Shown here: positions 11,831-23,700 of the stretch, one piece after another
How the letters are laid out: the number at the start of each line of letters is the position of its first letter
Numbering within the stretch: position 1 is the first letter of the stretch
Origin: Nemertoderma westbladi
Taxonomy: Eukaryota; Animalia; Xenacoelomorpha
Direction of reading: 5' to 3'
Assembly (NCBI GenBank): GCA_032718475.1
Contig: JAUCBJ010007100.1
Span: forward strand, 1 to 52,001
Length of the DNA: 52,001 nt
Program-made: the position numbers and the translations under genes
Notes under the pieces: generated by a model
The model's database searches: none
What the model was told of the DNA's origin: nothing
The model's input: only the letters and a program-made list of their open reading frames with translations

Positions 11831-13187
11831 TGTCGCAAAGAAGGAAAATTATCTTGAAAATAAACGTAAATAGCCTGTTTGGGCTGAATAGTTGCTTCTT
11901 GTAAAATTTCATGAGTTATTTAAAGATTTCCTTCCAAACAGTTTCAAATTCGGTTCGACCCTACCGCTCGGGCCTTCTTATAAAGCAGCATTAAGGGGAT
12001 GTGTGGTGTGGTAGTGGTGTCTGTCGACACGACACTCACTGCATGAATTGTGGGTTTAATGATTCACTGGATTACAATACCTAAATCAATGGATGCGGTT
12101 AGATGCAAATACTGTTCAGCCCATTCAGGCGTTTACCCCCCCCCCCCCCCCCCCCCCCCCCCTCCTATTTGACACCTCCAATAGCAATGGATTCCACGAT
12201 CTATTCTGGTTTTGGTTAAGTTTCCATCCAAACGTTACTCTGTGTGGTAAAGTAAACTGGTATCTGCTATCTCACTTGTTCTGTGCAGTAATACGCAAAT
12301 ATGTTGATATTTCCTTTTAGTGCAGACTTGCCTTATTAACAGTTATATTTTAATAATTACTGTTTTCAAATATTTTATTTTGTGAATTTTCATATATTTA
12401 ATTTCGTTTAAAGTAATAATTATCGATATTTTCGTCTTATCTTCATGTTTTGTGTGTGTTTATTTACTCATTGTCTTAAATAATGTTACTGAGTTAATAT
12501 TGTTAAGGTTTATCTGCTATTATCTATATCTTAGATTGAATTAGTGCCTTAAAATCGTTCATTACAAGTATCACCCTGTTATTTCGGTTATAGTGTTCGT
12601 TATTTCCTTTATAGTGTTCTGTTTGTTATTTCGACCTGCAATTATCACACGTCCGACTACCGGTAACTTCTATAATTTGTTTTTATAGTTATTGATTTAA
12701 ATTACATATCGAAGCAATAATTCTATTAATGTGTTCATTGTATTTTTCACATTCTGAAAGCCAAAATCAGTACAATCAGTAGAAACAGCAGCAGTAGAAT
12801 CAGTAGTATCATATTTTATGAACAGAAACATCTTGTATCATTTGCTACGTCGTAGAGGGAGGGCTGTTGTACAAGTCGGGTTTGGTTCTTAATATTTCTC
12901 ATTACTATAAAAATATTATGTTTTGAACTAATTTCCGGATTACATCAAGTGATTATGTTCTATGCAATTTGTTTTAGGTAACTAAAAGATTATAATTGAT
13001 GTCAATAATAATAATAATAATGGCACGGTTTGTGCAGTTAATGTTGGCAAATGAACGAGCAATATAATAAAATTGAATAAATCAATAATAATGATAGTGA
13101 TTTTTATAAATAGAGTTAACAGTTCGCTATGCGGGAAGGGCGTTCCTTTACTATTTGTTATAAATTGGTGTAAACTGTAAAGTAAAT

Positions 13188-14399
13188 CTTTACAGCATCG
13201 TTCCGGAGTCGGAATTCCCCGGAGTTTACACTTTACAGCATGGTTCCGGAGTCGGAATTCCCCGGAGTTTACACTTTACAGCATGGTTCCGGAGTCGGAA
13301 TTCCCCGGAGTTTATCACTTTACAGCATCGTTCCGGAGTCGGAATTCCCCGGAGTTTACACTTTACAGCATCGTTCCGGAGTCGGAATTCCCCGGAGTTT
13401 ACACTTTACAGCATGGTTCCGGAGTCGGAATTCCCCGGAGTTTACACTTTACAGCATGGTTCCGGAGTCGGAATTCCCCGGAGTTTACACTTTACAGCAT
13501 GGTTCCGGAGTCGGAATTCCCCGGAGTTTACACTTTACAGCATGGTTCCGGAGTCGGAATTCCCCGGAGTTTACACTTTACAGCATGGTTCCGGAGTCGG
13601 AATTCCCCGGAGTTTACACTTTTCAGCATGGTTCCGGAGTCGGAATTCCCCGGAGTTTACACTTTTCAGCATGGTTCCGGAGTCGGAATTCCCCGGAGTT
13701 TACACTTTACAGCATCGTTCCGGAGTCGGAATTCCCCGGAGTTTACACTTTTCAGCATGGTTCCGGAGTCGGAATTCCCCGGAGTTTACACTTTTCAGCA
13801 TGGTTCCGGAGTCGGAATTCCCCGGAGTTTACACTTTACAGCATGGTTCCGGAGTCGGAATTCCCCGGAGTTTACACTTTTCAGCATGGTTCCGGAGTCG
13901 GAATTCCCCGGAGTTTACACTTTTCAGCATGGTTCCGGAGTCGGAATTCCCCGGAGTTTACACTTTACAGCATGGTTCCGGAGTCGGAATTCCCCGGAGT
14001 TTACACTTTACAGCATGGTTCCGGAGTCGGAATTCCCCGGAGTTTACACTTTTCAGCATGGTTCCGGAGTCGGAATTCCCCGGAGTTTACACTTTACAGC
14101 ATGGTTCCGGAGTCGGAATTCCCCGGAGTTTACACTTTACAGCATGGTTCCGGAGTCGGAATTCCCCGGAGTTTACACTTTTCAGCATGGTTCCGGAGTC
14201 GGAATTCCCCGGAGTTTACACTTTTCAGCATGGTTCCGGAGTCGGAATTCCCCGGAGTTTACACTTTTCAGCATGGTTCCGGAGTCGGAATTCCCCGGAG
14301 TTTACACTTTACAGCATGGTTCCGGAGTCGGAATTCCCCGGAGTTTACACTTTTCAGCATGGTTCCGGAGTCGGAATTCCCAGGAGTTTACACTTTACA
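13188..14399. repeat. Homogeneous 43-bp minisatellite, ~28 copies
   Basis: Unit TTT(A/T)CAGCAT(G/C)GTTCCGGAGTCGGAATTCCCCGGAGTTTACAC, head-to-tail with no spacers. Confidence 0.97.
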
Positions 14400-14489
14400 A
14401 CTTATACTGCCCCTGAATTATTCAATTAATAAAGCCAGAGTCCGAGACAAATTACTCGGTCAGCTATATTGTACAACAATGTCCCGAAA

Positions 14490-15090
14490 CCAATAACTTA
14501 TATAACTCGTTGATCTCGATTGCTGGAAGTTATACAATATAATTTTATTAAATCGCATCAGGGATCCCGTTGAGAGACTGCTACGTGAGAACCAAAACGG
14601 GTTCCATAAAGGTCGTATCGTGGGACCATGGAGTCTAATATGGCGCGTGGAGTAGGCCTAGACCCCTATGGCGCTTGGTCCGCCTATTATGGCGCTTGGT
14701 CCGCAAATTATGGCTCGTAGAGTAGGCCTAGACCCCTATGGCGCTTGGTCCGCCTGGCCTATTATGGCGCATAGACCCCTATGGCGCTTGGTCCGCCTAT
14801 TATGGCGCGTAGACCCCTATGGAGCTTGGTCCACATATTATGGCGCCTAGACCCCTATGGCGTTAGGTCCGCCTATTATCGCGCGTAGAGTAAGCCTAGA
14901 CCCCTATGGCGCTTGGTCTGCCTATTATGGCGCATAGACCCCTATGGCGCTTGGTATGTATTTTTATTACTCCAAGAAGACAACATTTTGACATAACTGA
15001 AAGTACTCTCTCTCATGAAATATCTGATCGTACGAGCATAAGCTTTTTGGGTGGTGTGCTTGAGCATGTGGAAGACTTCTGCTACTTGTT
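14490..15090 (+). mobile_element. RTE-like LINE reverse transcriptase remnants, interrupted by a tandem repeat
   Basis: 14505-14617 reads SLISIAG/KLYNIILLNRIRDPVERLLRENQNGFHKGR. 14970-15090 reads ISDRTSISFLGGVLEHVEDFCYL, homologous to 24780-24850. Confidence 0.75.
14636..14955. repeat. 38-48-bp tandem repeat (AGACCCCTATGGCGCTTGGTCCGCCTATTATGGCGCGT), ~7-8 copies
   Basis: Directly visible. Confidence 0.85.
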
Positions 15091-15799
15091 ATAATCGGGA
15101 TAGCGATCATAAAGTAGAAGTAACTGAAGTATAGAAAAAGTAAGCTACATACTGACATATGCGAAATATTGATATCCATCCAATCCAAACAAAGTATATC
15201 AAAATCAACACAGTCTAACCGTACTACCGGTACATAAACATACTGATGACATCTTGGGCATGGAATGGGCTGTCCTAGATTTCGAAGTCACAGGATACGA
15301 CGGAAACGTAAGGTTTGACAAGTTAGAGCAGCAGTAGAACCAGTACTCGTATATGGAGACAGGGGGAAACTGGACGCAAATCCCATATCGGCGAATTAAT
15401 ATCTCGTCTAATGTTAAATTCTCAATTTTGGGAAAGGGGCAGGTTACAGTGTTGGCACGTTATTCTAACAAAAACAGTAAACGAAACTCAATTTTCATTT
15501 TTTGGGAGTAATCAGCTGTTATTTGCGTCAGAATTCTCATGGAGAGGGATGAATTTTTATTGCGTCCCCTTAATTTTTTAACTATTTTATCCCCTTAATC
15601 AGCCTATACTATGGGAGCCCATGCTGGGCTCTAACTGCTGAGGACACAAAATCTCTGGATGGCACTTATACAGTAATGTTACTTCAGGTTCATTGTATCA
15701 AGTAGGCCTACAATGAACACATCTCCAATTAGACACTAAACAACATTGGAATTATCTCATTAATCTTCTCAACCTTGTTAACGGTGCTGCCTTCCGCTT

Positions 15800-15978
15800 T
15801 TCAGGACATTGCTTTCGCCATGAGGACTAGCCAGTGCATAATCTCGTGCTTTAGAGGACTCACTGGTAGAATAAGCATGGTGGAAACTGGACAGTCCATG
15901 ACTTCCTTGAGACACCTCTTAAAGGACACTGGCATTGAAGATGCGGATAATTTCACGAAAGTTTGTCGACAAGCCGGC
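15800..15978 (+). mobile_element. RTE-like LINE 3' fragment
   Basis: GHCFRHED..VHNLVL..LLKDTGIEDAD; homologous to 29292-29500. Confidence 0.7.
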
Positions 15979-17788
15979 TAAAGTTCATTGTTTATTGCCT
16001 AGATAACTACAATTCAATTCCAACTAAAATAGTGTAGCGCCGACTGCCGACAATATACTGAATGATATCTATTACTATTCGGCCATTATAGGATTGAATA
16101 ATAACAATTTCTGATATTTAATTTATTCTTTATTTATAATAAAATGGTAAACAATAGCGCAGAAATTGACAGCAATACAACAAAATTATGTTTTTTCTTC
16201 TGGAGAATAACAACGCAATCAATATGAATAACATTGTTGTAAAGTAGATTACAGCTAATAAATACGTTATTAAATAAAACTTGAAAAACAGCTGTCTTAA
16301 CTATAAAAAGTACGTAACAAAAACATATAAATAACAACTCTAGTATATAGCACAAAGCCTATATCACACTGCCTTTCCAATATACACTTCAAAAAATATT
16401 TAACCTTTCTACATTTCACCATCTGGAATATAGTGTTTTAATTCAGATACATGGACATTAAAAATCTAAATAAAAAATAAAAATTCTGACACCATCCAGT
16501 AAGGAATGGGGTGATCAAACAATGTCTGTTCAATTTCATTTAGAAGCTTTCTATAAAGGTTATGGGGAGGGGGCGGAGTGGGGTACAGAATTAATGCACT
16601 ATACTCCAGGAGAAATAAACCAAACACACACATGGGCCCTTCGCGCTGCACATGAAGAGAAACCAGCTAGCTTAATTTATTTACAAATCCATGCAAGTGT
16701 TATCACTCACAAATTATTATTACTTCTATAATGTTTTATAGTGTTTCGTACTTTTATAATGTTTCGAAGTTGGATTTGTGTGAATAACAATTTAAACATT
16801 ATTTTACGACCAAGGGGAAGGGGGTATAATATAAACAGAAGGGCACAGTATCTCGAACATGGTCGTAAACGTACCCAATCTTGTAGGCCTAGCCTAGCTA
16901 TACGGTAGTGGGTCTAGCTTACTGCTATAGTAGGTCTAGCCTACTGCTATAATATGTCTAGCCTACTGCTATACAGTAGTAGGCCTACAGTGATTTAGTT
17001 AGTACAGTGCCTTTAGTGACTTAGTGCTGATTTAGGTATTCCATACCCGTTTCATGCAGCGAGTTTGAATTGAATACCGGCACTCAATTATATTTGATTG
17101 ATAATATAGTATTACGATTATGGCAGGCGAGTCACTTTGCATTAAACTTCCAGACATTGACTTTGTATTTACCGTTTATTATATTAAACAATTAAGCAAA
17201 TGGGCAGTTAACCGCACCCACCTGTCTCGGAATAGAGTTAAATATCTTATACACACTTTGATGTTTGAAGAGATTCAAAATAGAACATTTTTATGTTCAT
17301 TTTTCTTTAAATCCTTCTAATGTTATTTAATTGGTAGCTAAGGTGATAGATAGAATGCGTCATCTTAGCTACTAATGATGTGCAAAATGTCACATTAGTT
17401 ACACCGAGTGTCCCAAACCCATATCTTCTACCCAGGAATTAATTTTATCCATAAAATTAATTGCTTAGGTTTACTGTCACTGTCAGTCCAGTCTGTCTGT
17501 CCGTTCTTGTCAGATTATCCATGTTCGAATATATAATATTTACATTAAATATAGTTCGCAAACAGTAAATAAAATAAATCGAGTCGATTTACAAAACCGA
17601 GTTGTTAATTAATAGTTCCGTTTGAATTCCAACTGTCGTAGAAACAGGCTATACTGGCCCCCTCGCAATTAATAATTCCAAGTTTAGCGATTTGAAATAA
17701 TTAATGTTCGGAGGTTGATAGTTAGGTTGGCGGACGTTGAAAGGAATTGATTAATGGAAATGTTGTAATGATCCACTTTATTTTCTTC

Positions 17789-20700
17789 TTATGCTTTATT
17801 TATCACCCATTCCCCGGGGTGGAACATCTCAGGAAGTTCCTTTTTGTATGCTTTCCTAAAAATTAAATTTTAAATTTATTATTAAAAAAAAAAACGTTGG
17901 CCTATTAGAGGGTGGATTGGTATGCCTTGCCAATATTTGTTAAGGTTTTGATCATTTCACATCTATGGAATGCACACGATATACAAATATAACATATAAT
18001 ATTGTGGAGATATATATTAAAATAGCGAAAATATAGATGTGTGCTTGAAACTACATGAAAATAGAAAGTTCACAATAAAATTACTACGAATGTTATCCTA
18101 CTGGCCTCCGATAACTTCCGAGTAACTCCTAAAAAGACAAGTGAAACCTGTTCTATTGATTTTCGTTTATTGTTTTTGTCAGAATGAGAATAGAGTGACA
18201 ATGAAGCCTACTTCTTCCGTTTTAAAATTAATATACGGGATTTGAATCAAGTTACAACCCCCCCCCCCCCCCCCCCCCCCCCCTCCTTACCCCCAGACTC
18301 AATGGATAAGATCTCGCTATGCGATGCCTAAATCCTACTAGAAGATCCTTAACGTGTCTACTGGGATTGTGTATTAATTAATATTCCAACGAAGAGGGTG
18401 GGTAGCAGCACAACGTCTGTGTAGTGTGTAACAACCACTTAGTATGCCTGTAATTCCTTAAGATCAGCATAACATCGCAGTAAGGGGGTTGCCGCCGATC
18501 TACTGCCATCAATGTACCGATATTTAACGATTTACCATATAATTATTTAACCAACAGCTGCTGCTCTTCTCCAATCCTAAACGCCCATACATCAATAATT
18601 ATAATAATAATTCCACCGCGCTAGGGTTCACTAGGTTACATGGTTGAGACATCCGTAGTACTTGTGGTGCATTATAGTACCCACTCAACCCCCCCCCCCC
18701 CCCCCCCCCCCGGAGGATTCTACGGGGGGGGGGGGGGGGGGTGGCTTTTACCATATATTATAGTTCCCGGCAGACACATAGTAGATAACGAACGCAAGTC
18801 TATCCAAGGTGGTGTGGGAGAGGGGGGGGGGGTACTTAATTCCTACTTAATTACTTTTTAATTATAATGCGTGTTTATTATCCATACATAATGGAATAAT
18901 TAATAAATAAAAATAGGCCACCGATAAGATTAAAATTTACAATCAAAAGTTTAAAGTCAATAAAATTCCATATTCAGATTGGTCGGTCTAGGTAAACTAA
19001 CTGTAGAGCAAGATGTAAGTCCATCCAGTGATGGAAATCACACCCGCTTGAAACTTTGACACATTTCTCAAAATCTTTACCTAATAATGCATCATCGATT
19101 CTGACGTACCATCTCACCAACAGTAGAACCCTAACCGAAGATATTCTGGAAACTCATCCAAACATTTTTGATAGCTCAATCTCTATGGTAAACCCTTATC
19201 GCGAGAAACGAACAGAGAGGGAAGATAACTTTTCCAATAAGTATTACCTATCTGGTTCCGCCTTTACCTCATATAAATGGAGGTCATCCAACCAACACAA
19301 TAGGCATATTGTTTGTTACACAGTCGACGTGCAAGCCATCGTCAGAGACGACGGCTCATGATTATGTCCACTAGGTTTGAAAAACAACGATACCTACCTT
19401 TTCCTACGATACTTATAACTATTGGGACTGAAAAATGGAGTTCATATTCGTGTTGGGCAAGAAAAACTGGTCAAGAAAAGTTAATTTAATATTGCATGCT
19501 TGAAGGGATTATTCCTATTGGTTTGAGTGTACTTTAAATTACATAATTTATGGAATCACATTTTGGTTGGTTATTTTAGGTTTTACTGGGTTCTTTGTTT
19601 TTTTTTCGGTTATTTTGGGAGTTTAATAGGGCCAGTGACCCTCAAAGAAAGTGCAGTATATTCTCACATTAGTTTAATGACATGTTGAAATGAACCAAAC
19701 CTTAATCATAGAATCAATAAATGTGCAGTTATAACTATAACCCGATGTTTACTTACTTTTTATTACTTACTTTGTTATCGTATCGCCTTTGGATTCTTCT
19801 AACATTTTGTTTAGGATGTCCTCTTCATCTTCACTCATCTCGAGATGTTCCACAGAATCGCGATGGACTTCACTTTTGACTTCTATCGGGCCATTTTCAG
19901 GTCTGCGGCGTTTCTCGTCTGGATTTGAATCTGTTAAATAAATAAAACAATATAGATAGTTAATGTCATGGGGAATTAATTAAGTTCTATACCGTTTAGG
20001 CCTTATTTAAAACTAGTGACGTCAGAGCTGCAACAGCCAATCAGAGCCGATTTCCATTCACTGCGTGTTGGTGTGCAGGTTCTACGCACTCGTAGGTTCT
20101 ACTCACTGCGTGGTGGCCCGTAGGTTCTACTCACTGCGTGGTGGCCCGTAGGTTCTACTCACTGCGTGGTGGCCCGTAGGTTCTACTTACTGCGTGGTGG
20201 CCCGTAGGTTATACTCACTGCGTGGTGGCCCGTAGGTTCTACTCACTGCGTGGTGGCCCGTAGGTTCTACTCACTGCGTGGTGGCCCGTAGGTTATACTC
20301 ACTGCGTGGTGGCCAGTAGGTTCTACTCACTGCCTGGTGGCCCGTAGGTTCTACTCACTGCCTGGTGGCCCGTAGGTTCTACTTACTGCGTGGTGGCCCG
20401 TAGGTTCTACTCACTGCGTGGTGGCCAGTAGGTTCTACTCACTGCCTGGTGGCCCGTAGGTTCTACTCACTGCGTGGTGGCCCGTAGGTTATACTCACTG
20501 CGTGGTGGCCAGTAGGTTCTACTCACTGCCTGGTGGCCCGTAGGTTCTACTCACTGCCTGGTGGCCCGTAGGTTCTACTTACTGCGTGGTGGCCCGTAGG
20601 TTCTACTCACTGCGTGGTGGCCAGTAGGTTCTACTCACTGCCTGGTGGCCCGTAGGTTCTACTCACTGCCTGGTGGCCCGTAGGTTCTACTTACTGCGTG

Positions 20701-23700
20701 GTGGCCCGTAGGTTCTACTCACTGCGTGGTGGCCCGTAGGTTCTACTCACTGCGTGGTGGCCCGTAGGTTCTACTCACTGCGTGGTGGCCCGTAGGTTCT
20801 ACTCACAGCGTGGTGGCCCGTAGGTTCTGCTCACTGCGTGGTGGCCCGTAGTTATACTCACTGCGTGGTGGCCCGTAGGTTCTATTTACTGCGTGGTGGC
20901 CCGTAGGTTCTACTCACTGCATGGTGGCCCGTAGGTTCTACTCACTGTCTGGTGGCCCGTAGGTTCTACTCACTGCGTGGTGGCCCGTAGGTTCTACTCA
21001 CTGCGTGGTGGCCCGTAGGTTCTACTCACTGCGTGGTGGCCCGTAGGTTCTACTCACTGCGTGGTGGCCCGTAGGTTCTACTCACTGCGTGGTGGCGCAT
21101 AGGTTCTACTCACTGCGTGGTGGCCCGTAGGTTCTACTCACTGCGTGGTGGCCCGTAGGTTCTACTCACTGCGTGGTGGCCCGTAGGTTTTACTCACTGC
21201 GTGGTGGCCCGTAGGTTCTACTCACTGCCTGCTGGCCCGTAGGTTCTACTCACTGCGTGGTGGCCCGTAGGTTCTACTCACTGCGTTGTGGCCCGTAGGT
21301 TATACTCACTGCGTGGTGGCCCGTAGGTTTTACTCATTGCGTTGTGGCCCGTAGGTTTTACTCACTGAGTGGTGGCCCGTAGGTTCTACTCACTGCGTGG
21401 TGGCCCGTAGGTTCTACTTACTGCGTTGTGGCCCGTAGGTTTTACTCACTGCGTGGTGGCCCGTAGGTTTTACTCATTGCGTGGTGGCCCGTAGGTTCTA
21501 CTTACTGCGTGGTGGCCCGTAGGTTCTACTCACTGCGTGGTGGCCCGTAGGTTCTACTCACTGCGTGGTGGCCCGTATGTTCTACTCACTGCGTGGTGGC
21601 GCATAGGTTCTACTCACTGCGTTGTGGCCCGTAGGTTTTACTCACTGCGTGGTGGCCCGTAGGTTTTACTTACTGCGTGGTGGCCCGTAGGTTCTACTCA
21701 CTGCGTGGTGGCCCGTAGGTTCTACTCACTGCGTTGTGGCCCGTAGGTTATACTCACTGCGTGGTGGCCCGTAGGTTTTACTCATTGCGTGGTGGCCCGT
21801 AGGTTCTACTTACTGCGTGGTGGCCCGTAGGTTCTTCTTACTGCGTTGTGGCCCGTAGGTTCTACTCACTGTCTGGTGGCCCGTAGGTTCTACTCACTGT
21901 CTGGTGGCCCGTAGGTTCTACTCACTGTCTGGTGGCCCGTAGGTTCTACTCACTGCGTGGTGGCCCGTAGGTTCTTCTTACTGCGTTGTGGCCCGTAGGT
22001 TTTACTCACTGCGAGGTGGCCCTAAGGTTCTACTTACTGCGTGGTGGCCCGTAGGTTCTACTCACTGCATGGTGGCCCGTAGGTTCTACTCACTGCGTGG
22101 TGGCCCGTAGGTTATACTCACTGCGTGGTGGCCCGTAGGTTCTACTCACTGCGTGGTGGCCAGTAGGTTCTACTTACTGCGTGGTGGCCCGTAGGTTCTA
22201 ATCACTGCATGGTGGCCCGTAGGTTCTACTCACTGTCTGGTGGCCCGTAGGTTCTACTCACTGCGTGGTGGCCCGTAGGTTATACTCACTGCGTGGTGGC
22301 CCGTAGGTTCTACTCACTGCGTGGTGGCCAGTAGGTTCTACTTACTGCGTGGTGGCCCGTAGGTTCTAATCACTGCGTGGTGGCCCGTAGGTTCTACTCA
22401 CTGCGTGGTGGCCCGTAGGTTCTACTCACTGCGTGGTGGCCCGTAGGTTCTACTCACTGCGTGATGGCCCGTAGGTTCTACTCACTGCGTGGTGGCCCAT
22501 AGGTTCTAATCACTGCGTGGTGGCCCGTAGGTTCTACTCACTGCGTGGTGGCCCGTAGGTTCTACTCACTGCGTGGTGGCCCGTAGGCTCTACTCACTCT
22601 CTGGTGGCCCGTAGGTTCTACTCACTGCATGGTGGCCCGTAGGTTCTACTCTCTGCGTGGTGGCCCGTAGGTTCTACTCACTGCGTGGTGGCCCGTAGGT
22701 TCTACTCACTGCGTGGTGGCCCGTAGGTTCTACTCACTGCGTGGTGGCCCGTAGGTTCTACTCACTGCGTGGCGGCCCGTAGGTTCTACTCACTGCGTGG
22801 TGGCCCGTAGGTTTTACTCACTGAGTGGTGGCCCGTAGGTTCTACTCACTGCGTGGTGGCCCGTAGGTTCTACTCACTGCGTGGTGTCCCGTAGGTTCTA
22901 CTCACTGCGTGGTGGCCCGTAGGTTCTACTCACTGCGCGGTGGCCCGTAGGTTTTACTCACTGAGTGGTGGCCCGTAGGTTCTACTCACTGCGTGGTGGC
23001 CCGTAGGTTCTACTCACTGCGTGGTGTCCCGTAGGTTCTACTCACTGCGTGGTGGCCCGTAGGTTCTACTCACTGCGTGGTGGCCCGTAGGTTTTACTCA
23101 CTGAGTGGTGGCCCGTAGGTTCTACTCACTGCGTGGTGGCCCGTAGGTTCTACTCACTGCGTGGTGTCCCGTAGGTTCTACTCACTGCGTGGTGGCCCGT
23201 AGGTTCTACTCACTGCGTGGTGGCCCGTAGGTTCTACTCATTGCGTTGTGGCCCGTAGGTTTTACTCACTGAGTGGTGGCCCGTAGGTTCTACTCACTGC
23301 GTGGTGGCCCGTAGGTTCTACTCACTGCGTGGTGTCCCGTAGGTTCTACTCACTGCGTGGTGGCCCGTAGGTTCTACTCACTGCGCGGTGGCCCGTATGT
23401 TCTACTCACTGCGTGGTGGCCCGTAGGTTCTACTCACTGCGTGGTGGCACGTGGGTTCTACTCACTGCGTGGCGGCCCGTAGGTTCTACCCACTGCGTGG
23501 TGGCCCGTAGGTTCTACTCACTGCGTGTTGGCCCGTAGGTTCTACTCACTGCGTGGTGGCCCGTAGGTTCTACTCACTGCGTGGTGGCCCGCAGGTTCTA
23601 CTCACTGCGTGGTGGCCCGTAGGTTCTACTCACTGCGTGGCGGCCCGTAGGTTCTACTCACTGCGTGGTGGCCCGTAGGTTCTACTCACTGCGTGGTGGC

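Noticed and set aside
13188-14399. CRISPR array (palindromic 43-bp repeats)
   Set aside because: Units are head-to-tail with no unique spacers; no cas genes; eukaryotic context.
13240-14496. Three long overlapping ORFs (338-418 aa) as proteins
   Set aside because: Artefact of a stop-free 43-bp unit cycling through all three frames.
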